Shown in pieces: positions 9,360 to 17,628 of a stretch of DNA of 61,143 bases. The position numbers and the translations under genes are program-made. Location of the stretch: contig CAYWDR010000001.1 of NCBI GenBank assembly GCA_964457075.1, forward strand, positions 1 to 61,143, in the 5' to 3' direction. The first letter of the stretch is position 1. Every line of letters begins with the position of its first letter. The notes below the pieces were generated by a model. That model did no database searches. It was not told the DNA's origin and worked only from the letters and a program-made list of their open reading frames with translations. The stretch comes from an uncultured Solibacteraceae bacterium. GTDB lineage: Bacteria > Acidobacteriota > Holophagae > Holophagales > Holophagaceae.

Positions 9360-10073
9360 TTAAACCCGTAGTTCCGCCGGCACGAACGCGTACGGAATGG
9401 GATCGGCGATCCCCGCCTCCTTGAATCCCTGGAGGCGGAGGATGCAGGAATCGCAGTGGCCGCAGGCCATTTCTTCGGCTTGATAGCAGGACCAGCTGAG
9501 GTGCAGGGGCGCGCCCAGCTCCAGGCCGCGGCGGACGATCTGGCCCTTGCGCAGGTGGATGAGGGGGGCGCGGAAGCTGAGCCGTGTCTCGGGCTTCGTC
9601 CCCAGATTGGCGGTGGCTTCGAAGCTTCTCAGGAAAGTTTCGGTGCAGTCGGGGTAGCCACTGCCATCCTCCTCCACGAATCCCACGTAGATGGCCGTGG
9701 CGCCCAGGGTTTCGGCCCAGCTGGTGGCGGTGCTGAGGAGGTGGGCGTTGCGGAAGGGAACGTAGCTCACGGGCACGCCGCCGCGGTGGGGATCCTCGTC
9801 CTCGGGCAGCGCGATGGAGGCGTCCGTGAGGGCGCTGCCGCCGATGAGGCGCAGATTGTCGAAGGAGATGACGAGGCGGCGGGAGGAAGGCACGCAGTAG
9901 TGGTTCGCGATCTCCTCGAAGGCGCGGCGCTCCCGCGCCTCCGTGCGCTGGCCGTAGTTCGCGTGGAGGAGGGCCACCTCGTAGCCGGCGGCGAGGGCCT
10001 CCGCGGTGGTCACGCAGGAATCCATGCCCCCGGAGAGGGAGAGGACGGCGAGGGGGTGGGGGTAAGGGTTCAC
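9360..10073 (-). CDS. queC: 7-cyano-7-deazaguanine synthase
   Basis: 237 aa. PP-loop LSLSGGMDSCV and a C-terminal Zn cluster CGHCDSC. The GTG start forms a GTGA overlap with the stop of the upstream gene. Confidence 0.9.
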   Translation of the reverse strand: MNPYPHPLAVLSLSGGMDSCVTTAEALAAGYEVALLHANYGQRTEARERRAFEEIANHYCVPSSRRLVISFDNLRLIGGSALTDASIALPEDEDPHRGGVPVSYVPFRNAHLLSTATSWAETLGATAIYVGFVEEDGSGYPDCTETFLRSFEATANLGTKPETRLSFRAPLIHLRKGQIVRRGLELGAPLHLSWSCYQAEEMACGHCDSCILRLQGFKEAGIADPIPYAFVPAELRV

Positions 10074-10741
10074 AAGCGATCCAATCTTGGATGGTTTGCA
10101 GCCTCATCGGCCCAGGCCTCTAGTCCGTCCATGACGCCCTGAAGCCGGAGGGCCTCGGGGGCGTCCTCCCCTTTGGGCGGCACGCGGAAGGGCTCGCCGT
10201 AGCGGACGATGGCGGAGCTGAAGGGCACGGGGATCACCATGCGATCCCACGTCTTCAGCGTCCAGGCGTGGTCGAAGGCGACGGTGACGGGCACGATCCA
10301 GGCCCCCGTCTTGCGGGCCAGGGCGACGACGCCGGGCTTCAGCTCCCGCAGGGGCCCCCGGGGGCCGTCGGGCGTGATTCCGAAATCCCACCCCTGGCGC
10401 ACGGCCTGGATCATGCGGACGAGGGCCTTGGCGCCGTCATCGCTGGCCGTGCCGCGCACGGCGTGGATGCCGAACCAGCGCCAGGTGGCGGCGCTGCGCT
10501 CCCCATCCCGGGAGTCGCTGCTGAGGATGGCGACGCCCTTTTCCTTCCTCGCGAAGGGGTAGGCGAGGGGCATGGCGAAGAGGCGCCGGTGCCAGAAACA
10601 TAGGATGAAGCGCTCGTCCTTCCGCACGAGGTCCACCACCGCGTCGCCGCCCTCCAAGCGCACGCGCAGGGTGGCGTGCCAGGCCTTCGCCAGCTGGGCC
10701 GTGAGGAAGGGGATGAGGCGGAATTGGATCCAGGTGTCCAC
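10070..10741 (-). CDS. DUF374-type lysophospholipid acyltransferase-family protein (start uncertain)
   Basis: The C-terminal ~220 codons of ORF 10070..11158 read as a real protein (FILCFWHRRLF ... ILSSDSRDGE ... ITPDGPRGP). There is no in-frame ATG after the hslO stop, so I chose the GTG at 10741. Confidence 0.6.
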   Translation of the reverse strand: MDTWIQFRLIPFLTAQLAKAWHATLRVRLEGGDAVVDLVRKDERFILCFWHRRLFAMPLAYPFARKEKGVAILSSDSRDGERSAATWRWFGIHAVRGTASDDGAKALVRMIQAVRQGWDFGITPDGPRGPLRELKPGVVALARKTGAWIVPVTVAFDHAWTLKTWDRMVIPVPFSSAIVRYGEPFRVPPKGEDAPEALRLQGVMDGLEAWADEAANHPRLDRL

Positions 10742-10794
10742 GGGACCGCCCAAGGGGCGGCCCTTGGCCTTGATCTCGACCCTGCCTCCCCTGC

Positions 10795-11628
10795 TCAACG
10801 ATCCCCCATGAGGTCCGTGCGGTGGATGAAGTAGGCCGTTCCGCAGTAATCGCAGCGCACTTCGATGGGCTCGCCCTCCATGAAGAGGCCTTCCTTCTGC
10901 TCCTCGGAGAATCCCTGCAGGGTGGCCATGAGGGCTTCCCGCGTGCAGCGGCAGCGGTAGGTGAGATCCGCGCGGTTGAGGATCTCCGCGCCGGGCCCCT
11001 GGTTCATCCATTCGAGGAGGAAGTCGGTGGTGCGTTCCCAGTTGGGCACCACCTCCAGATTGTCGATGCCCTGCACGACGAGGGCCAGGCGCTCGGGCGG
11101 GCAGTCGGGCAGGGGCTCCACGAGGAGGCCGCCCGCCTCGCCCGTGGCGGAATCGCACCAGAGGGTGAGGCTCGCCTGGATCTGTTCCGAAGTCTGCAGA
11201 TAGGCCTCCACTTGCGCGGAGATGCCCCCCTCCACCATGGGCAGGGAGCCGATGTAGGGTTGGCCGCTGGGGTTGCTGCGCATCACTTGGAGGAGGCCGG
11301 GGGCCGCGATCCAGGCGCCCTCGGGGACGTTGCCGTTGGTGTCCAGCACGCCCCGCAAGGTGCCGTCGGGCCAGGCGTCGGCCACCACGGCCCGCGCCCG
11401 CCCCGCGCCCTTGAACAGCAGCTGCGTGCGCTCCTGGAGCATGCTCCGGGCCATGAGGATGGCGTTGGCCGTGAGCAGCTCCGTGAGGCAGGCGCAGGCC
11501 TCGGCCTCCAGATGGGGATGTCCCCGGCGAACCCCATCCCAGAGGGGGCTGGCATCCAGGGCGGCCAGGCGGACGTGATGATCGGAGGTGAGGGCCCGCA
11601 CCACGCGGGCCACGGGGGCGTCGGTCAT
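10795..11628 (-). CDS. hslO: Redox-regulated chaperone Hsp33
   Basis: 277 aa starting MTDAPVARVV. The C-terminal zinc centre is CRCTRE ... CDYCGTAY (CXC...CXXC). This is the only coherent part of the 668-aa track ORF. Confidence 0.85.
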   Translation of the reverse strand: MTDAPVARVVRALTSDHHVRLAALDASPLWDGVRRGHPHLEAEACACLTELLTANAILMARSMLQERTQLLFKGAGRARAVVADAWPDGTLRGVLDTNGNVPEGAWIAAPGLLQVMRSNPSGQPYIGSLPMVEGGISAQVEAYLQTSEQIQASLTLWCDSATGEAGGLLVEPLPDCPPERLALVVQGIDNLEVVPNWERTTDFLLEWMNQGPGAEILNRADLTYRCRCTREALMATLQGFSEEQKEGLFMEGEPIEVRCDYCGTAYFIHRTDLMGDR

Positions 11629-11666
11629 GGAGGTAGGATAGCGAACCTGTGTCGGGGGCCCGTCAT

Positions 11667-11690
11667 GGGCTCCGGGCTCCGGGCTCCGGG
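11667..11690. repeat. Tandem heptanucleotide array (GGGCTCC) x3.4, inverted relative to the array at 11765-11824
   Basis: gggctccgggctccgggctccggg lies 38 nt upstream of the hslO start. On the hslO sense strand it reads (CCCGGAG)n. Confidence 0.95.
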
Positions 11691-11764
11691 TGAAACGGTG
11701 GCGGGGCTTCGCCCCGCGATTGAATGTCTTGTTGCGGGCGCGGTGCGCCCGCCGCAGCATCCTC

Positions 11765-11824
11765 CCCGGAGCCCGGAGCCCGGAGCCCGGAGCCCGGAGC
11801 CCGGAGCCCGGAGCCCGGAGCCCG
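11765..11824. repeat. Tandem heptanucleotide array (CCCGGAG) x8.5
   Basis: There are eight perfect copies plus CCCG. The array ends 24 nt upstream of the rsmB ATG. It is perfectly complementary to 11667-11690. Confidence 0.95.
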
Positions 11825-11848
11825 AAAACGCCTGTCATTCTGATCCGG

Positions 11849-13117
11849 ATGCTGACCCCCTCCCGCCGCGCCGCCGCCACCACCCTGATTCGCGTCCTCG
11901 GGGAGGGGAAGCGGGTGCCGGACGGCTGGGATCGCAAGTTGACCGCCGCCGACGCGGGTCTCGCCCAGGCCATGCTCGGCCTCGTGCTGCGCCGTTGGGG
12001 GCGCCTGCGGGCCTGGAGCCGGCCGCACTTGAAGGATCCCTCCCGGGATCTGCCCCTGGGCACGGATATCGCCCTCGCCTTGGGCCTCGCCCAGCTGGCC
12101 TGGCTGGATGGGGTGGCGCCCCACGCGGCGGTGAACGAGAGCGTGGGGCTCGTGGCGGATCCGGAGCTGGGCTTCCCGCCCCACCGGGGCCTCGTGAACG
12201 CCCTGCTGCGCAGGGCCTCCCAGGATCGCGCCGCCCTGAGGGCGGCGCTGGAGGCCCTGCCCGCCGCCCTGGACCGGGGGCCCTTCGCGGAAAAGATCCT
12301 CGCCGCCGCCACGGCGCGCGAGGGGGCCGATCCCGAAGCCCTGTGGGCGCGCTTGCAGGTGCCCCCCAAACCGGCCTTCGTCCCCCTGCGGGAGGGCCCC
12401 CTGCCCGAGGGCCTGGAGGCCGATCCCAGCCTGCCCGGGGCCTTCCGCCTCCAGGAGGGCGCGCCCTTCCCCATGGCCTGGCTGAAGGCCGGCGAGGGCA
12501 TGGTGCAGGACCGCAGCTCCCAGGCCCTCATGGCCTTCCGGTGGGCGAAGGAACCCCAGCGCATCCTCGATGTCTGCGCGGCTCCCGGCGGCAAGGCCAC
12601 GGTGCTCGGCCGCCGTTGGCCCGCCGCGAAGCTCATGGCCCTGGAGCAGCAGGCGGCCCGGGCGGAGCGGCTGAAGGAGAACCTCGCCCTCCGGCGGGTG
12701 GAGGCGGAGGTGCAGGTGACGGAGGCCACCGCCTGGCTCGCCGGCGGTGGGCGCCCCTTCGATTTGATCCTTTTGGATGCCCCCTGCAGCGGGAGCGGCA
12801 CGCTTCAAAAACACCCGGAGCTCCCCTGGATCGGGGATGGGATCGATCTCCGGGGCCTCGTGCTGCGCCAGCGGCAGCTGCTCGAAGCCGCGGCCCTGCG
12901 CCTCGCGTCAGGAGGCCTGCTCATCTACGCCGTCTGCTCTTGGTTGCCCGAGGAAGGCGAGGCCCATCGCGTGTGGATCCAGGCCCGGGTGCCGGGGCTG
13001 CGCCCCGTCTCCGTGTGGGAGGGCCCCTGCGCCGCCGAGGGTGGCATCGCCTTCCGCCCCCACCCGCTCGAATGGCCGGGAGAGGGGTTTCAAGGCTTCG
13101 CCTTCACGAAGGACTAA
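11849..13117 (+). CDS. rsmB: 16S rRNA (cytosine-C5)-methyltransferase, RsmB/Sun family
   Basis: 422 aa from ATG 11849. NusB-like N-terminus, SAM motif DVCAAPGGKA, and catalytic LLDAPCSGSGTLQKHPE and IYAVCS. Confidence 0.8.
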   Translation: MLTPSRRAAATTLIRVLGEGKRVPDGWDRKLTAADAGLAQAMLGLVLRRWGRLRAWSRPHLKDPSRDLPLGTDIALALGLAQLAWLDGVAPHAAVNESVGLVADPELGFPPHRGLVNALLRRASQDRAALRAALEALPAALDRGPFAEKILAAATAREGADPEALWARLQVPPKPAFVPLREGPLPEGLEADPSLPGAFRLQEGAPFPMAWLKAGEGMVQDRSSQALMAFRWAKEPQRILDVCAAPGGKATVLGRRWPAAKLMALEQQAARAERLKENLALRRVEAEVQVTEATAWLAGGGRPFDLILLDAPCSGSGTLQKHPELPWIGDGIDLRGLVLRQRQLLEAAALRLASGGLLIYAVCSWLPEEGEAHRVWIQARVPGLRPVSVWEGPCAAEGGIAFRPHPLEWPGEGFQGFAFTKD

Positions 13118-13198
13118 TCGCCTTCCTAGGCGAAAAGTGACCAGATTCACGCCGCGGGAGGACGGGTCGATGTACCGGACGTCCCCCCCGAGGTAACC

Positions 13199-13729
13199 AT
13201 GCGCCGCGCCGTGCTCCTCACCGCTCTGCTCGCCACCTTTGGTTCCGCCCAGGAAGTGCGATGGGGGCTTCAGGCCCACGGCACCTTCCCCAAGGGGGAT
13301 CTGGCCGAGGCTCTGGACGACGCCACGGGCCTGGGGGGTGGCATCCACATGCTGCTGGATTTTGGCGGCCTGCAGGCCCTGCGTCCCAAGGTCGAGGTAC
13401 TGGCCTTCAAGACGGGCGCCGATGCCTCGGGCCTGGATACCCGCATCAACGGCCGGCGGGCCGGGGTGGACTACCTTTTCTTCCCGGCGGAATCCACCAC
13501 CGGCGGGTGCTACATCTTCATCGGCGTGGATTACACCCGCTGGGAGACGGAGCGGACGGGCGGCACCGCCCTCGTGCGCGAGACCCACGGGGCCTGGGGC
13601 GGCGAGCTGGGCGGCGGGTACCAGTTCAATCGCATGCTGGGGCTGGAGCTATCGGCCTTCCAAAGCCGCTTCCGCGCGGATCCGGCCGTCGCAAAGGGGA
13701 TCTCCCTGGGGATCACCTTGCGGTATTGA
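13199..13729 (+). CDS. Small outer-membrane beta-barrel protein
   Basis: 176 aa. Signal peptide MRRAVLLTALLATFGSAQ, alternating amphipathic strands, and C-terminal ...GITLRY. Confidence 0.6.
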   Translation: MRRAVLLTALLATFGSAQEVRWGLQAHGTFPKGDLAEALDDATGLGGGIHMLLDFGGLQALRPKVEVLAFKTGADASGLDTRINGRRAGVDYLFFPAESTTGGCYIFIGVDYTRWETERTGGTALVRETHGAWGGELGGGYQFNRMLGLELSAFQSRFRADPAVAKGISLGITLRY

Positions 13730-13925
13730 TCACGCGCGAGGGCCGGACCAGCTCCGCGGGGCCCACTTCGACGATCCCGTGGACGACGGGCCCTTTGGCC
13801 GCCCTTGCATGGGGCTGAGGGGCGGGAGCCGCCTGGGCCTTGGCTGGGGACTCCGCGCCGCAGGCAAGGAGCAGCCAGGCGAGGAAGAGCAAGGTAAGGC
13901 AGATAAGTAGGGCCGTGCGCGACAT
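13713..13925 (-). CDS. Small putative lipoprotein
   Basis: MSRTALLICLTLLFLAWLLLAC-GAESP contains a lipobox. About 70 aa. Its 3' end overlaps the convergent gene by 17 nt. No homology was recognised. Confidence 0.35.
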   Translation of the reverse strand: MSRTALLICLTLLFLAWLLLACGAESPAKAQAAPAPQPHARAAKGPVVHGIVEVGPAELVRPSRVINTAR

Positions 13926-14027
13926 GACTTCTCCAATCCCCATGGAGGGATCCGGTGGGCGTGGGGTTGAATCCGAATTTCGATGGAGGCCTTGCGTCTA
14001 TCCTAAAAACCACCCCTGGAGCCGTCG

Positions 14028-15614
14028 ATGCCGAGGACCCTCGTCCCCCTGCTGCTGAGTGCCACCCTTTGGGGCCAGTCCCCTTTGCTTCAAGTGTCCG
14101 AAGGGGCCCTGAGGGCCCATCTCGCCTACCTCAGCGATGACCTCCTGGAGGGCCGCGGCACGGGGCAGCGGGGCGGCGATCTCGCCATGGCCTACCTGGA
14201 GGCTCAGGCCCGGGCCATGGGCCTTCAGCCCGCCCATGGGAGCAGCTTCCGCCAGGAGGTGCGCATCCGCGGAACGGCCCTGCGGCCATCCGAATCCTCC
14301 CTGGCCTTCGGCGAACTGAAGCCGGGCTTCCCGCAGGACATCGTCTTCGGCACGGGGACGGGCCGCGCCGAGGTGGCGGTGGATGCGCCCCTCCTCTTCG
14401 TGGGCTACGGCATCACCGCGCCCGAGGCCGGCTGGGATGACTTCAAGGGCGTGGACTGCAGGGGCAAGGTGCTCGTCGTGATGGTGAACGACCCGCGGCC
14501 CACGGAGACGGAACCCGGCCGGTTCGGAGGCAAGTCCCTCACCTATTACGGGCGGTGGACCTACAAGTTCGAGGAGGCCGAGCGGCGCGGAGCCGCAGGC
14601 GTGATCCTCATCCACACCACCCCCAGCGCCTCCTATGGCTGGAAGGTCGTGCAAAGCGGCTGGACCCACGAACGATTCCAGCTGGCCCACGAGGGCACCC
14701 CCCTCCAGGGCTGGATCACCGAGGCCTTCGCGAAGCAGGCCTTCGCCGCCGCCGGCAAGGATCTGGACTCGCTGCGCGCCGCCGCCGAAGGCCGGGATTT
14801 CAAGCCCGTCGAGCTGGGCCTGAAGGTGTCGGGCACGCTGAAGAGCGCCCAGCGCGAGGTGGTGCAGGCCAACATCGCCGGCGTCGTGCCCGGCACGGAT
14901 CCCAAACTCAAGGGGGAGGCCGTCATCTACAGCGCCCACTGGGACCACCTGGGTCTCGACGAGTCCCTTCAAAAGGCCGGGCAGGATGGCATCTACAACG
15001 GGGCCGTGGATAACGCCTCCGGTTCCGCCGCCCTCCTCGCCATGGCCCAGCTCGCCCTCCGCAAACCCGCCAAGCGGAGCCAGATGTTCCTTTGGGTCTG
15101 CGCCGAGGAGCAGGGCCTCATCGGCTCCGCCGCCTATGCCGCCCATCCCCTCTGGCCCCTGGCGAAGACGGCCGCCGATCTCAACCTCGATAGCCTCAAC
15201 TTCGTCGGCGCGACCCGGGATCTCGGGATCCAGGGCAGCGAGCGCACCTCCCTGGAGGCCACGGCCCTGAAGGTGCTCAAGGCCATGGGGCTCAGGGCGA
15301 AGCAGGGGGCGCCCGATACGGGCGGCGGCTACTTCCGCAGCGACCACTTCAGCTTCGCCAAGGTGGGCGTGCCCGCCTTCTCCATCGGTGGAGGGCATGA
15401 GTTCATCCGGGATCCGGAGGGCTCCAAGGCCAAGGCCGGCGCCTTTGGCCCCCGCTACCATCAGGTGACGGACGCCTATGATCCCGCCTGGGATCTCGCG
15501 GGCATGGCCCAGCAGGCCACCTTTACGTGGCGCTTGGGCCAGGCCGTGGCCAACGCCCCCACCCTGCCCGTATGGAAGGCCGGCGATCCCTTTGGAGCCG
15601 GGAGGCCCAAATGA
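14028..15614 (+). CDS. M28 family metallopeptidase with PA domain (secreted aminopeptidase-like)
   Basis: 528 aa with a signal peptide. Motifs AHWDHLG, NGAVDNASG, FLWVCAEEQGLIGS and FRSDHFSFAKVGVPAF. Confidence 0.88.
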   Translation: MPRTLVPLLLSATLWGQSPLLQVSEGALRAHLAYLSDDLLEGRGTGQRGGDLAMAYLEAQARAMGLQPAHGSSFRQEVRIRGTALRPSESSLAFGELKPGFPQDIVFGTGTGRAEVAVDAPLLFVGYGITAPEAGWDDFKGVDCRGKVLVVMVNDPRPTETEPGRFGGKSLTYYGRWTYKFEEAERRGAAGVILIHTTPSASYGWKVVQSGWTHERFQLAHEGTPLQGWITEAFAKQAFAAAGKDLDSLRAAAEGRDFKPVELGLKVSGTLKSAQREVVQANIAGVVPGTDPKLKGEAVIYSAHWDHLGLDESLQKAGQDGIYNGAVDNASGSAALLAMAQLALRKPAKRSQMFLWVCAEEQGLIGSAAYAAHPLWPLAKTAADLNLDSLNFVGATRDLGIQGSERTSLEATALKVLKAMGLRAKQGAPDTGGGYFRSDHFSFAKVGVPAFSIGGGHEFIRDPEGSKAKAGAFGPRYHQVTDAYDPAWDLAGMAQQATFTWRLGQAVANAPTLPVWKAGDPFGAGRPK

Positions 15615-15949
15615 ACAGCTGTCCCAACTGCGGAATAGAGCTCCGGCGCCTGCCGGAGCTCTATTCCGCCGAGGTATTAAAGATCGATGGGGACCCGGAC
15701 CGGTTGAGCCGGCTGGCCCCGCCCACGAACCGCGCGGCCATCCACGGCTTCATCATGGGCGTGCTGATCTGGATCAGCCTCCTCGTCCCCTTCTTCGTGG
15801 TGAACCACTTCTGGCGTTCGGCCCTGCCCACGTGGGGCCTGACCCTCCTGTGGGTTTGGCTCTTCGTGCGCGCCCGCGCCCGGGATCGCGAACTGCGGAG
15901 GGCCTATGAAGCGCGGCGGGCCTGCCTTGGTTGCGGATGGATGGACTGA
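15611..15949 (+). CDS. Hypothetical zinc-ribbon membrane protein
   Basis: ATGA overlap with the M28 stop codon. MNSCPNCG at the N-terminus and CLGCG at the C-terminus. Two hydrophobic segments lie in between. Confidence 0.45.
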   Translation: MNSCPNCGIELRRLPELYSAEVLKIDGDPDRLSRLAPPTNRAAIHGFIMGVLIWISLLVPFFVVNHFWRSALPTWGLTLLWVWLFVRARARDRELRRAYEARRACLGCGWMD

Positions 15950-15984
15950 GGGCTCCTATGTAGTGAGCTTCCGAATCACCATTG

Positions 15985-16249
15985 CAAAAAGATCACCACG
16001 AAGGCCCCAAGGGCGCTGCGCGCCTGCACGAAGGCCACGAAGCACTCCCCGGGCGAGTTTCGCAAGGCCATCCGGGCCTCAGGCCCAAGGTCCAGCGAAG
16101 CTGGACCTTCCTTTGGGCGCGGCGCTAGGCGGACCTTCGAAGGCCCGCTCGGCGCCGCGCCCAAAGGGGATGGCAGGGAATGGGCCGGCGTCCCTTCGTG
16201 GCCTTCGTGCGCCCGCAGGGCGGCTTCGTGACTTCGTGGTGGGATTTTC
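15985..16249. repeat. Nested palindromic intergenic element, copy 1 (CACCACGAAGG termini)
   Basis: Termini are AAAAAGATCACCACGAAG and CTTCGTGGTGGGATTTTC. Inner arms cacgaaggccacgaag / cttcgtggccttcgtg pair perfectly over 16 bp. The central multi-hairpin core is homologous to copy 3. Confidence 0.85.
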
Positions 16250-16274
16250 GACCTGTTGATTGGGAATCGATCTC

Positions 16275-17474
16275 CTAACCCCTGAGGAGCCGATCGCCCG
16301 GGCGGAAGCCCCGTTTGCGCAGCACCAGCGTCGGGAGTTCCGGAGGCGCGTTGATGCGCATGGGGAGGCCCACCACGCCCAATCCCCGGGTGACGAAAAG
16401 GCAGCGGCCCGCCTCTTCGTAGAGCCCGTTCGTATGGGGCCCCAGGATGCGGGCGGAGTTCAGGCCGGGGAGGAGGTTGATCTGCCCCCCGTGGGTGTGG
16501 CCGCTCAGGGTGAGGCGGGCGCCCGTGATCAGGGCCTGGGGCCACTCGGAGGGGCGGTGGTTGAGGCAGATGCGGAAGGCATCCTTGGGGAGGTCCCGGC
16601 TCGCGTGATGGGGTTCGGGCCCGGGGCCGAACTTCACGCCCTGAAAGCGCCCATTGAGGGCCATGGGATCCTGCAGCCCCATCAGGGCGAGCCGGGATCC
16701 GCCCCGCTCCAGCACCACGCGCCCGTTCTCCAGGGGGCGGATGCCGATGGATTCGAGCCCCTGCCAGATGGGGCGTGGATCCTGGAAGTAATCGTGGTTC
16801 CCCAGGATGGCGAAGGCGCCCATGGGGCAGGCCACGTCATGGAAGAGGCCGAGGAAGGGGGCCAGCTCCTCGGGGCGGCTATCCACGAAATCCCCCGTGA
16901 AGAGGATCAGATCGGGCTTCATCCCCCGCAGCGCCTCCCGCCATAGGGTGATGACGCTCATGGGCACCATGGGTCCCACGTGAAGGTCCGAGAGGTGGGC
17001 GATGCTCAGGCCGTCGAGCCCCTCCGGAAGATCGTCGAAGGGGAGCTCCAAGGTGGGCGTTTCCGGGGGGCCGTAGGCCTGCAGGGCCCCGGCCGCGGAG
17101 GAGGCCACCGCCACGCCTAGGCTGCCCAGGGCCGCCCCCTGCAGGAAGGCCCGGCGGGAGGGGTTCATGGCCTTGGCCTTCGGGTGCCGGTAGCGCCAGT
17201 AGAGGAGGAGGGACCCCGCGAGGCCCAGGTGGAGCAGCGTGAGGGCCTGGAAGTAGAAGGCCCCGCGGGCCAGGGGACGGAGGATCTCCATGAGCCCCAG
17301 ATGGCTGAAGCCCGTGGCGCGCAGGAGGAAGTAGAGGGCCAAGGGCAGGTGGAGGGCCAGAAGCCCCCAGGCCAATCGCCCGTGCCACCGCTCCGGAAGC
17401 TGGATCCTGAGCAGGTGGAGATGCCCCACCTGGAGAAGGGTCAATAGACCGAGCGTGATGAGGAACAGGGGCAC
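16275..17474 (-). CDS. Membrane-anchored metallophosphoesterase (calcineurin-like)
   Basis: 399 aa with N-terminal TM segments. Motifs IAHLSDLHVG, TGDFVD, GNHDY and SGHTHGGQ. Confidence 0.85.
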   Translation of the reverse strand: MPLFLITLGLLTLLQVGHLHLLRIQLPERWHGRLAWGLLALHLPLALYFLLRATGFSHLGLMEILRPLARGAFYFQALTLLHLGLAGSLLLYWRYRHPKAKAMNPSRRAFLQGAALGSLGVAVASSAAGALQAYGPPETPTLELPFDDLPEGLDGLSIAHLSDLHVGPMVPMSVITLWREALRGMKPDLILFTGDFVDSRPEELAPFLGLFHDVACPMGAFAILGNHDYFQDPRPIWQGLESIGIRPLENGRVVLERGGSRLALMGLQDPMALNGRFQGVKFGPGPEPHHASRDLPKDAFRICLNHRPSEWPQALITGARLTLSGHTHGGQINLLPGLNSARILGPHTNGLYEEAGRCLFVTRGLGVVGLPMRINAPPELPTLVLRKRGFRPGDRLLRG

Positions 17475-17567
17475 GAGGCCATCCTATCGGCCATGGGACC
17501 CGTCCACTCAAAGCCCGGCGCCGAGCACGCCGAGGCATTCCGATCCGGACGAAGGCCCGCAGGGAGG

Positions 17568-17628
17568 GAGACTCGTTCTCATTTCGAATTGAATCTAAGA
17601 TCGAAATGCGGGAGACTCAATCTCATTA
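17568..17628 (+). promoter_or_regulatory. Two 17-nt direct repeats flanking a 7-bp inverted repeat, immediately upstream of apbE (candidate operator)
   Basis: GAGACTCgtTCTCATTt (17568-17584) and GAGACTCaaTCTCATTa (17612-17628) are 44 nt apart start to start. ATTTCGA-N13-TCGAAAT lies between them. The patch is AT-rich in a GC-rich genome. Confidence 0.35.

Noticed and set aside
11765-11824. Possible CRISPR array
   Set aside because: The 7-nt unit is repeated head-to-tail with no spacers, and no cas genes are present. It is a microsatellite-type tandem repeat.
10822-13140. 772-aa plus-strand ORF and 383-aa minus-strand ORF spanning hslO, the repeat arrays and rsmB
   Set aside because: Their composition is Gly/Arg/Pro-rich and they run through the heptamer arrays (PGARSPE repeats). 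The real genes are hslO (minus) and rsmB (plus, from 11849).
15976-16545. ORFs crossing the palindromic elements (15976-16545 minus, 15906-16259 plus, 54766-57024 plus, 54784-55293 minus, 60590-60931 plus)
   Set aside because: They translate the repeat arms into periodic peptides and mirror each other on both strands. They have no RBS or motifs. The 752-aa ORF at 54766 is off-frame on the same strand over the radical SAM gene.
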